From: Takakia lepidozioides
Lineage: Eukaryota; Plantae; Bryophyta
Direction: 5' to 3'
Assembly (NCBI GenBank): GCA_030704615.1
Contig: CM060732.1
Location: 71,858,001 to 71,922,000, forward strand
Length of the DNA stretch: 64,000 bases
The notes beneath the pieces were generated by a model. The model searched no databases, was not told the origin of the DNA, and was given only the letters and a program-made list of their open reading frames with translations. Position numbers and translations under genes: made by a program. Positions 10,740-22,321 of the stretch are shown here, one piece after another (the stretch's first letter is position 1; each line of letters starts with the position of its first letter).

Positions 10740-12646
10740 GGCATGAGCACTTGCAGGCTCTGGTCGATACCTCGCATGTGGAAGTCAACCAACCCTGAAA
10801 GCTTCAATCACTGGATGTTCAGTTAGAAATTCTATTTGGGAGAGCAAGATCCTTCTCATTCGGTGCCCATAATGCTCCAGATCGCATTCAAACCCAACCC
10901 ACCGGCCAATAAACCCTCCCCAAGAAAGCCTGTTGCAGTTGCCATGACAGGGGAGGAGTGGATCACCCGTTGGTTCAAGATACTCATTAACTCTGACTGA
11001 TCATGCATAGGCCAATTGTACAAAAGAGGGAGAGCCCACCTCGCCAGTAGGCTTTCCAGCAGATCATATGCTAGCAAGTTCAGCTGGTTTTACAGTATAA
11101 GTTGTAGTGAATTTCTTAGTTTTGCGAAATCTTGAACTTCTTTCTGCTAAGAGGAAGCTGTGATTTTAGTGAACTCTTCGTTTGTGGTTATGAAGTTACA
11201 TTTAACATGTTTTCTCTCCCAAATCCGTGGTTGATCTTCCCACCCATGCCTCAATGAAAGTGGTTGTAATCCACCACACCCAAACATGTATTTATACCCA
11301 AACACTTTCTCTTCTCTCTTGACCTTGCGCATGCACTTTTTTGCATAATCCTTGGTACCTGTTGAGGTGTCTACAGACACCCATTGTGCCGGCAGTCTAG
11401 AACACTTCCCCAGGAACATCCAAAACTAGGTCCAAATCACAGAGGCATGCCGCCCTCAGAGCAGTTGAAGTCTGTCTGCCTCACTGGCTTGCCAATGTTC
11501 TGAACGTAAGTATGGGTTTCTGATGAGAGGACTGCAGTTGGCCTTCTCCGTATATGAGATAAAACATTTAAAACCCTTTGTTCCGAAAACTACCAAAGGA
11601 AGGGTCCCAATTCTTGAGATGGAACTATAAACCCCTCAGCGGTATGTTTTGACTTGGCATATTTGAGTGATGGGACAAAAGTGGAGGAAAATATAAATTG
11701 CTACCGGTAATTTGCGTATTTGAGTGATGGGATCAAAGTGGATAGCCTGATTCTGCTCCCACTTCAAATCCAACAACATCCCAAGGAAAAATAACTCAAT
11801 TTGGGGAAAAAAAAACCCATGCTGACACTTGGTCAAACAAGGGGTAACCTGTGGAAAACTGCTCACAGTGACGCTGGAGACATCACAAATACACCGCGAT
11901 ATATACGGAAAAGAAAGAAAGAAAGAAAGAAAGGACCCCTGCTGCTCAATGACAGCCTAGAATTGTTCCAGCAAACACCCCAACCCCACTTATCGCACTA
12001 GTTCCTATGCTGACTTGCGTCTGCTTCCAACGGGCATTCACCTTTTTGCCTGTCCATTGTTCCACGAGTAATTTTGCAAGCCTAAATCAGATCAGGGGCA
12101 ATCCAACCACACATTTGTGTTTGTCAACTGCCATAGATAAGCATATATGAGACTTGGCAGATTCCGCCACCGCCAAATTCCAAAAATATGTTATTAAGGA
12201 AAAACAAGAAACAAAATCCCAAAACAGGCTCGATGGGCGCTTAAGTGCAGCTCACATATTTCCAAGAGACTCAATAATTTACGCTTCCTTCGGGAGGCGT
12301 CAAATATTAAATTATAGCGACGACCGAAGGTCGAGAGCTAGTTTAGCGTAGAGCAAGAATAGGGTGCCATAGTGCCACATCATCGTCGCCACGTTTCGTA
12401 CGTTGTCAATTTCTTTCTATCTGCCCGGATTGCCCGAAAAATCCGAAAATAACTTCTTGAACGGTACTTCGTTGAGACTGACCCTTTTCCTCCCTACTTC
12501 TGTTTGATGTTCAAAGGAGAGAGAGAGAGCGCGCAATGGCTACATAGGTTGATAAGGCCTCGCATTTAGAACAGGTTTAGATAGGTTTGGCAAGCGGGGT
12601 TGCTTCAGGATTATTGTTGGCTGGTGTTGGAGTCCAATGGGGGCTA

Positions 12647-15320
12647 TTGGCTCCTGTTAGTACCATGATTTGGTATTCTTTCTGATGTTTACAAGGTTCT
12701 TGCAAGAGTCAGCTTGGTCTTGCCAGGCCGTGTTTCAATCTTTGCCTCCTGTTAGTACCATGATTTGGTATTCATCTTGATGTTTACAAGGTTCTTGCGA
12801 GAGTCAGCTTGGTCTTGCTAGGCCGTGTTTCAATCTATGCCTGCTTAGCTGCACCGGGGTGGCTCTCACAGACCAATCCGACATTACCTGACTACGGACA
12901 CAAGCAGCACACACAAAAGGTCCTTTTGGGTTGATGGTCTCTATGGGTCATGACACAATGTCAAGGACAATGTGGTGAGGGCACCTTCTTCTTCGACCTA
13001 TTTCAGCCTGTTTTGCGCTCTCATCAGACTCGGCCTGGAATTTGCATATTGAATATGGTGTCTGCATCCAAGTTGTAGCCTTTCATTTGCCATATGTTGT
13101 AGTGCATCTATGGTGGTTTGGAATGAATTTGACAAGTTAGTGCCGATGTGGCAGCAGGAGAGTATCCAAAAACAGATAAGAGAGATGAGGAGAAGCTTTG
13201 GAATGAACACTTCTCCGACGCCAGTCAATTGTGGGACAATGGAGACAAAAAGGTGAATGCCTGTTGGAAGTAGATGCAAGTCAGCATAGGAACTAGTCTG
13301 ATAAGTATGGTTGGGGTGTTTGCTAGAAGAATTCTAGGCTGTCATTGTATGTTGCTAGCAGCAAAGCAAGGATGTATGCATGATTTGTGCAGAGGCATGG
13401 ATAGCTGAAGGAGCAGGGATGGAGTGTGGGTTCCCTCTTATCAGAATCGGCCTTAAATTTTCATGTTGAATTCTGCAATTTAGCTGGTTGAGTGAACCTT
13501 TGATAGTTGGAGTGACTTTGACATGATACTGCCAAAGTATCCAGATCAGGTAAGAGAGACGAGGAGAAGCTGTGGAAAGAATACTTTTCTGACCACAGTC
13601 AATGGTGGGACAATCGAGGCAAAAAGGTAGATGCCTGTTGGATTACAGAGAGTAGCAGACGCAATGAGCATAGGAACGCTGAGTTGGGTGTTTCCTAGAA
13701 CAAATCTAGGTTGTCATTGTCACTATCACATAGAGAATGAACTAAGTTGTATCTCTGCTTAACCTCGGTAAATTCGTGGAAGTCCCTTGATGAGGTCCCA
13801 GGTGCTCAGTTGAGTTCACTTTGCGGCTTATCCTCAGATACATGGCAAAACAAGACTAGGGACATGACATACGCAACCAACCGAATCGTCTTTGTAAACT
13901 TGATTCAAGAAACCAGTAGACGAAACCGCTACCTGCAATCAGCTTGCTCCACGGGCTGCTGGCTGGAACACCAAAAGAAAGGATTAGAAGGCTACACTTC
14001 CTCCACGTCCAATAAACCCTCCGCCAGGTACGACATCCACTTGACCTCGTGTTCGATGGCGAGGACTTATGTCTCTCACCGGAGAAAGGTGATTGCCTGT
14101 TGGATTACAGAGAGTAGCAGACGCTATTCAGCATAGGAACTAGTATGATAAGCTAAGTTGGGGGTTTCCTAGAACAAATCTAGGCTGTCATTGTCAGCTA
14201 TTAGCAGCAAGGCAAAGATGAATGCATGATTTGTGCAGAGGCATGGATAGCTGAGGAGCAGGGGAGTGGGGAGAGTGTGTGTACATAATCATCAAAGAGG
14301 GCCAGATTTCAAGCACAAGATTACCTATGATTCCCTGTGGATCAATAGCTACAAGAAACCTGCATGGGTAGATGGTCAACTAAAGGCAGCTGCTGCAGCG
14401 GCACAGTTGATAAAATCAGGCACCTCAACCATGACCACAGCCTCTGGAAGAGGATCAAGAGAGGGAGTCCACAATGCCTCTTCTGGCACTTCTGGGCATG
14501 TGAAGATGTTTTGTGAGGCAGGCATACTGAAAGAGGCTCTACAAACTTTAAACCAAGGAGGCATTTCAGCAGATTCAGAAACGTATGTATGTCTCTTGCA
14601 TAAGTGCATCAAGGTGAAAGGCCTGGAAGCTAGAAAGCAGGTGCACACTCACTATCCAAGTGGATTCACGCCAAATGTTTTTCTCCTCAGCACCCTTGTC
14701 AACATGTATGTTAAGTGCGGATCATGGATGTTCACCAAGTGTTGAACAGAATGCCTCAACGATCTTTGATCACATGGAATATAATGTTGGCAGGATTTAC
14801 CAAGCACGGGTGTGGTATGAATGCTCTAGAGACCTATGAGCAAATGATGGGGGAAGGGGTGAAGCCCGACCACATCAGGTTTGTGTGCGTTTGCAGTGTG
14901 TGTGCAAGCCTGGCAGCCCTGGAAAAAGGCAAGGGCAAAGAGGTGCATGGCGACATCGTCAGAGCTGGAATCGTACCACATGTGATCCTAAACAATACCC
15001 TGGTGGACATGTATGTCAAATGTGGGAGCATCGAGCATGCAAAGGGAGTGTTCGACAATATGGCAGAACGAGATGTGGTGTCGTGGAGTGCGATGCTCGC
15101 AGGATATGCACAGCAGGGGCGGCGGATAGAGGCTTTGGAGACGTATGAGCAATGATGTGCGAAGGGGTGAAGCCCAACCGCATCACGTGTGTGTGCGTTT
15201 GCAATGCATGTGCAAGCCTGGCAGCCCTGGAAAAGGGCAAAGAGGTGCATGGCGACATCGTTAGAGCTGGAATCATACCAGATGTCATTCTGAACAATAC
15301 CCTCGTGGACATGTATGCCA
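12647..15320. repeat. Inverted-repeat arm, reverse complement of ~4800-7617
   Basis: ttggctcctgttagtaccatgatttggtattc at 12647 is the reverse complement of ~7586-7617. Similarity continues in scrambled form through the PDF exon and the PPR motifs. Confidence 0.88.
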
Positions 15321-18260
15321 ATTAATGTGGGAGGCATTTCAGCAGATTCAGATACGTTTGTTTGTCTCTTGCTTAAGTGCATCAAGATGAAAGGTCTGGA
15401 AGCGGGAAAGTAGGTGCACACTCATATTATCCAAAGTGGATTCACGCCAAGGATGCGCCAAAGGAAATTCACAGCCCAACCACATCACGTTTGTGTGTGC
15501 ATTTGCAAGCCTGGTAGCCCTGGAAAAGGGCAAAGAGTGCATGGTGACATCACGAAAGCTGGAATTGTACCAGATGTCATTCTGAACAATACCCTCGTGG
15601 ACATGTATGCCAATTAATGTGGGAGGCATTTCAGCAGATTCAGAACGTTTGTCTGTCTCTTGCTTAAGTGCATCAAGATGAAAGGTCTGGAAGCGGGTAA
15701 GTAGGTGCACACTCACATTATCCAAAGTGGATTCACGCCAAGGATGCGCCAAAGGAAGTTCATAGCCCAACCACATCATGTTTGTGTGTGCATTTGCAAT
15801 GCATGTGCAAGCCTGGCAGCCCTGGAAAATGGCAAAGAGGTGCATGGTGACATCGCGAAGGGTGATGGCCCCACGTGCCTACCAGAGATCATCCCAGGGA
15901 TGGAAAAACGGCGCCAAATTTCCATCCGAGGCAGCTCGGATGAAGTCGTCTCGGGGGGGGGAGGCCGACACCTGGCCGTCAGAGATCATCCCCCGAATGG
16001 AAACACGGCGCCGAATTTCCATCCGAGGCCGTTCGGATGAAGTCGTCTCGGGGGGAGAGGCCGACACCTGGCCAATTAATGTGGGAGGCATTTCAGCAGA
16101 TTCAGATGCATTTGTCTGTCTCTTACTTAAGTGCATCAAGATGAAAAGTCTGGAAGCGGGAAAGCAGGTGCACACTCACATTAGCCAAAGTGGATTCATG
16201 CCAAGGATGCGAGGGAGTTTTCAACACTATGGCTGAACAAGATGTGGTGTCATGGCACGCTATGCTTGCAAGGTATGCACAGGCAGACGTGGGTTGGTGG
16301 CTTTGGAAACCTATGATCAATTGATGGGGGAAGGGGTGAAGCCCAACCACATCACGTTTTTTTGTGATTCCAATGCTTGTGCAAGCCTGACCGCCCTGGA
16401 AAAGGGTAAAGAGGTCCATGGTGACATTGTCAAAGCTAGGATTGTACCAGATGTCATTCTGAACTCTACCCTGGTGGACATGTATGCCAAATGTGGGTAC
16501 ATTGAGGATGCAAAGCAAGGAACTTATGTGTACTCTGCGAAGGGGTGAAGCCCAACCACATCACCTTAGTTTGTGTTTGCAATGCGTGTGCAAGCTTGGG
16601 AGCCTGGAAAAGGGGAAGAGGTCCATGGTGACAACGTCAAAGCTGGAATTGTACCCGATGTTATTTTGAACATTGCCCTGGTGGACATGTGTGCCAAATG
16701 TGGGAGCATCGAGGATGCAAAGGGTGTGTTCAACACTATGGCTGAATGAGATGTGGTGTCGTGGAGTGCGATGCTTGCAGGGTATGCACAGCATGGGCGT
16801 GGGATGGAGGCTTTGGAGACCTATGAGCAAATGATGGGGGAAGGGGTGAAGCCCGACTACATCACGTCTATGTGTTTGCAAGCCTGGCAGCCCTGGAAAT
16901 GAGCGAAGGGGTGCATGGTTGCATCGCAAAAGCAGGAGTTGGTGAGAAGAATGATGAAGGTCAGAGGGGTTAGAAAGGAGCCAGGTCGCTGCTGCATTGA
17001 TATTTGCAACCGGGTGCACACCTTCGCTGTAGATGACAGGTTGCATCCCAGAATTAAGGAAATCCATATTGCTGAGCTAAGGAGATTCATGATGCAGAGA
17101 AGGAGGAAAAAGAATTATCTCTTTCCACCACAGTGAGAAGCTGGCCATTGGTTTTGGGCTGATCAGGTTTGTGTGCATTTGTAGTGCGTGTGCAAGCCTG
17201 GCAGGTGCATGGTTGCATTGCCAAAGCTGGAATTGTACCAGATGTGATTCTGAACAATACCCTCATGGACATGGATGCCAAATGTGGGAGCATTGAGGAT
17301 GCGGAGGGAGTGATCATGCTTGCAAGATATGCCAGTAGGGGCGCAGGATAGAGGCCTTGGAGACCTATGAACAAATGATGGGGGGAAAGGTGAAGTGCAA
17401 CCACATCACGTTTGTGTGCGTTGGCAATGCTTGTGCAAGCCTGACAGCCCTGGAAAAGGGAAAAGTGTGGGTCCAGATTCAGCAGCAGCGGCACAATTCA
17501 TAAAATCGAGCACTGCTAATGAAGGCACCTTCTTCAAAACATTTCACCCTATTTTCCCATCTTATCGAATCCGTCCTTAAATTTTCATGTTGATTTTCTG
17601 CAAGTTACTGGTTGAGTGAACCTTTGATAGTTTGCAATGCGTGTGCAAGTCTGGTAGCTCTGGAGAAGGGCCAAGAGGTCCATGGCGACATTGTCAGAGC
17701 TGTAATTGTACCCACATGTCATTCTGAACAATACCCTCGTGGACATGTATGAAGAGAACAGTATGGCTGAACGAGATGTGGTGTCGTGGAACTCGATGCT
17801 TGCAAGGTATGCACAGTAGGGGCACTGGATGGAGGCTTTGGCACCAGATGTTGTGCGTGGCACACTATGTAAACCCAGTCAGACCAGGGAGTAGTTGAGC
17901 AGCTCAGTCTCAACCCTTTCCTAGTGCCAACAAACTCTGATGTGGATTCACGCCAAGAAAGGTCTAGAGACTGGAAAGCAGGTGCACACTCACAAGCATC
18001 GCAGGGTATGCATAGCAGGGACGTGGGATGGTGGATTTGGAGACCTATGATCAAATTATGGGGGAAGGGGTGAAGCCCAACCACAACATGTTTTGTGGTG
18101 ATTGCAATGCTTGTGCAAGCCTGGCAGTCCTGGAAAATGTCAAAAGAGGTCTATGGTGATATTGTCAAAGCTGGAATTGTACCAGATGTCATTCTGAACT
18201 CTGCCCTGGTGGACATGTATGCCCAATGTGGGTGCATTGAGGATGCAAAGCAAGGAACTT
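14287..18260 (+). pseudogene. PDF-PLS-E+/DYW PPR pseudogene (copy B), internally duplicated and shuffled
   Basis: NHQRGPDFKHKITYDSLWINSYKKPAWVDGQL runs in frame into a PLS array. At 16930-17165 it reads MMKVRGVRKEPGRCCIDICNRVHTFAVDDRLHPRIKEI (E+/PG box), then EKEEKELSL..HSEKLAIGFGLI (first DYW zinc motif). Many stops and frameshifts. Confidence 0.9.
15862..16073. repeat. GC-rich ~97 bp tandem repeat (about 2 units) inserted in the PPR pseudogene
   Basis: agagatcatccc...gaggccgacacctggcc starts at 15884 and again at 15981. Confidence 0.85.
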
Positions 18261-18826
18261 ATGTGTACTCTGTTTATGTACTGGGTGTGGCAGGGGGCTT
18301 TGGAGATTGTGAGTGGGTGATGCCTGGTAGGTGAACCTCATGTATATTCTGATGCCTATGCCAGTCTTTGAGCACTGAAAAAGTGCAGATGGATCTGTAT
18401 GTATTTGTAAGCCTATACGTTCTGATGTGAGGTTATCTGGTTTTATGACATGAACAAAACAATTGTGAGCAAGAAGTGAAGGGGGCCGATCTCCTATTGG
18501 AATTCCTCAATCAGCATAGCATAACTGGACCTGAATCAAACATCAATGGACTAGGCCTTTTGTCTTCACTAGGTGTTGCTGCTAAAAAAATAACCGATTG
18601 TGAGAGGGTCCCGAATCGAATGATGCTTCCAGGTACAGGTGAAGCAGAGGAATATAACATACTGTTACATCGCACTTTGCACCTAACTTCCCAGCAAAGC
18701 GGTGTAGCATCAACCTCGGTCTGAGAGAGAAAGCCACAGTTCTATAGATTAGCGTGATTAATTTTAAAGTCGCACTCTTAGGGTTTAATTCTCCTAAAAA
18801 ACCCACTGATATATACTTTCATCTAC

Positions 18827-18834
<8 letters not shown>

Positions 18835-18870
<36 letters not shown>
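18835..18870. repeat. (CT)n microsatellite
   Basis: Seen directly. Confidence 0.95.
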
Positions 18871-18873
<3 letters not shown>

Positions 18874-21144
18874 CCATACATACAAATGTCAACCATGTCA
18901 ACGTCGGAAATAGCCGACACAATAGACACTGTAACGGACCAACAAATCCAGGAAATACCCACCAAGAAATGACAAACGTGATATACGACAGTTTCATGTC
19001 CAATGACCATCATGCCTAAAGGTGGGGAACACATGGAAGCGTCTGCCCTACAATACAAACTTCCACAGCACCTTGTGGAACGTCCCTTCGGACCGTGAAG
19101 AAATAACAATCTTCATAGGTATTGCATAATTCCCCTACCTTGGCAAAACCGGGAATTACAGATTCGTGACTTTCGCCGAAGAACTAAAAGACGCAAAATT
19201 CAATATGATAGAAGACAACCATTTCTTGTTCGAGATGCAATACAATACAAAAGGTTCGATAATTGAAGGAGGAGAGGCGAGGACATGACGTGGATGGGTG
19301 GTACAACATGAGCTTCACGAAAAAAACTCCTAAAAAACTAACGCAAACAACTCTGGCTCAACGTCCGGTAAAAAAACAAAAAACAAACAAAAAAACAAAA
19401 AAACGACGAGATGTACAATCCAATAGAAGTCCTTAACGAAGGCCCTCGAGGAGGGGGAAAAATTAACCCCCTTTCAGATAAGCCATTAGGCACACAGGTG
19501 GAAACGTCACCACCAGACCAACCGGTCCGAACGATCCACACCCCAGGTAGGGCAGCAGTTTTGCACCCCGAATCACCAGGGCAACACACTGTGCACTTAC
19601 TAGCTGAGCTACCAGATGTGCAATCATTTGAAAGTCTACAAAAGTTTGAGATGTTGCTCTTTTAATAATAATATACGGGCTTCGCGTTGCTCCGCACTAC
19701 TAGCGACGACTTCTGAGAAGGACTTCCGGACGGATGGGCCATACTCGAGGATCATGAGAGAGAGTACGGATCATGCAGCCTGCCAAATGTCGGTCACGCA
19801 GTTCCGATTGGTGGGGGAGGGGGGGGGGGATTGGGGGGTTTTCCATGGGTCGTCTTGGTACAACAAGTAGATTTGGACTATGATAAATCAGTATTTTTTA
19901 TTATCCGTTGTGAGCATGCATTGGGACAAAAATATCGACTTCTTGAGAGGAGAAGGAGGATGGTCTTTATAAAATATGGTGGCCCTTACATGGAACGTTT
20001 AGATGTGTCTAATTTAAGCTCTACCAAGCTATGCTTTTGCTCCAGTTGTCGTCATTCGACTCTGTCTCCTCTCATGCTTTGGCCAACAGTTTTGACCCGT
20101 TTAGTTTGGAATGAAAGCCCGTGTTTCTTATGACAAAAATTCATCCAATATCGATTTTTACACTTGACTGCAACAAGATCCCCTGAGTGTACGGATTCTC
20201 CATCCATTTTTTGGCCATGAATTGTGAGTAGTCGTTCCCAGGTTTCCTTTATGATAAATAAATAAATAAATAATGATTCTATGTGATTCTCTACACTTCT
20301 ATACCTAAGAAGTGTATAGAAAACTTAACCCTTAAGCAGCCCGTGCTTATGTTTTTACTTTTTCAAAAACTCCAACCCCTACATTGGAAAGTTATTATAA
20401 ATATGTCAGAAGTAAAAATATCAAAAATTTAATCAGACATTCTGTTCCTACTTACTTACTTGGCCGTTCTAATTTTCAGGTCAAGATGACGAGGAATGGT
20501 TGCGCTCCCCTTCAAATTATAGTTACTCGTTTTGATGCATGCGCGTAACTCCCAAATTGGTCCATTAGTGGATTCGGAGCTACTCATCGGGGCATAATGG
20601 TTCCCTGCCGGTGACCCTCGCACCCCGAGCCCCTTTGTAACCCCCTATGGTTAAGGCAGATGAGCTCTCCACACTTGATCGCTTTCCGGCTTGCTCACTT
20701 AGTGTTGTTGATCGTTTAAAGGGCTTGCATTGTTTTCGGCTTACTACCCTCTATGGATACTTCTGTGATTGTGGGCGGGGGTCTCACAAGCAGCCTAGGT
20801 CCTTTTTTATGCACCACCACAGCCCACCCACTATGCTAAATCCCTTGTGCGTTCCTCCCACTCGCTCTATGCCTCACCACCCCGTGACTAGAAAGAATGC
20901 GCAAAATAACCACTTTGTTAACCACTCACTTTTAGTGATAAACAATGTCTAACCCTCCAGCCCTAGAGTGATAAAGAACCAGTGGATTTGAATACGTTAG
21001 TGGTAAAAGACATGACATATCACTAGTGATTAAAGTCAGTGGTTATGGCCACTTTACGCCAAGTAATAGAAAAGGCCCTGGAGTTGAATGCGCCATGGGC
21101 GTGTGTGCTTACGTGGCCCGCTCCTCACCCCCCGTGTTAGCAAC

Positions 21145-21946
21145 CAGTGTTGTACCAATACTAAAATTTGGGCATACCAGACTAGTATTGGTATTGAATT
21201 ATGGACTATATTTGAGATATGGCAAGTCCTGGTATTACATTAATTGAAAAAAAATAGATATTGGACTGGTATAAATAAATAGAAGTGAGTAGTTTTGTTT
21301 GATCTGGTATAAATATATAGTAGTTGTTTGGTGATACCAGTGATACATATATCCGGGTCTGGTATTAGATGATCAATTGCAGACCTTAAAATAATAAGCG
21401 CAACTTTGTTGTAACAAAATTCCTGATAGATATTTTAAATCAAAAGAAGTATTTTCTTGAAGTCACCATAAATACCATTGGTAAGTGCCTCTAGAACCAT
21501 TGATGGTTGCAGAATTTGATTCAATTTTAGATGGAATCAATCCCATTAGTACAGCGCGCTAAGAGGTCTATCTCCCAAGTCATCAAAATATCCAGCCTCT
21601 TAACTTTTATCTTCATGATCCTTGACCAAATCAGCCTCTGAAGTAAAATTTACATCCACTACACTAGACATTGAAGAAGCCCCCCCCCCCCCCCCCATGC
21701 TATACATCAAATACTCCAGGGACTTCGTCACACCGAGGGGGGAGTACTGGTATTACAAGGGTATGACATTAATGAATACCATACTGGTATGGTAGAATCC
21801 AGGGTATTAATTTGGGACTTATTGGGGGCAACTTGTGCATAGCCGGGGTATTTCTCTTGGTTGATATCAGGCTTGGTGGGTCCTTGATACCATTGCATAT
21901 ACATGTGCACATACCAGGGAATACCCTATATACCGGTACAACACTG
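21145..21946. mobile_element. Non-autonomous hAT-like element nested in the CACTA element
   Basis: TIRs CAGTGTTGTACC / GGTACAACACTG. 8-bp flanks ttagcaac / gtagcaac (7 of 8 match) fit a hAT target-site duplication. Confidence 0.8.
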
Positions 21947-22145
21947 GTAGCAACGCCGCTGCCCGCGGTTGCCGCGATCGGGCCTCATTCCTCCCCGCCC
22001 AGCCCCCCTACCTTCACGCACGAAATACATGAAGCGGTTATACATGAACTGTACCACCATGACGCTGCATGCATCCAGATCATGAAGGTTGTGGGCTGGA
22101 TGGACTTACATTGAAGCTTGCTTCTTCGTTTTCATGATGTTACAA

Positions 22146-22321
22146 GTTTAGTATGGGGTGTTATTATCAAGCATATGCGGTTGTCCATGTATGTGAAACA
22201 TTATTGAAATGGAGGATTCTCTTCCTAGTACACTTTAGTATGGGGTGTTGTTATCAGGCACATGCGGTTGTCCATGTATATGGACATTATTGAAATGGAG
22301 GATTCTCTCCTTAGTACACTT
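22146..22321. repeat. ~88 bp tandem duplication
   Basis: tttagtatggggtgtt...ggattctc..ctagtacac occurs twice. Confidence 0.9.

Larger units (their letters stand above)
1141..11506 (+). repeat. Segmental duplication, copy 1 (gene-fragment mosaic block)
   Basis: Collinear high similarity to 31049-39046, from gaacccg(a/g)gacctaactgcaagg to ggcttgccaatgtt(c/a)tgaac. Confidence 0.95.

Noticed and set aside
11375-11510. AG/GT-bounded candidate captured exon at the end of the duplicated block
   Set aside because: All three frames contain stops and no protein family was recognised.
18777-20335. Possible element bounded by ttaa|GGGTTTAA ... TTAACCC|ttaa
   Set aside because: The inverted match is only about 7 bp and then degrades, and no internal ORF was recognised, so it is too weak to call.
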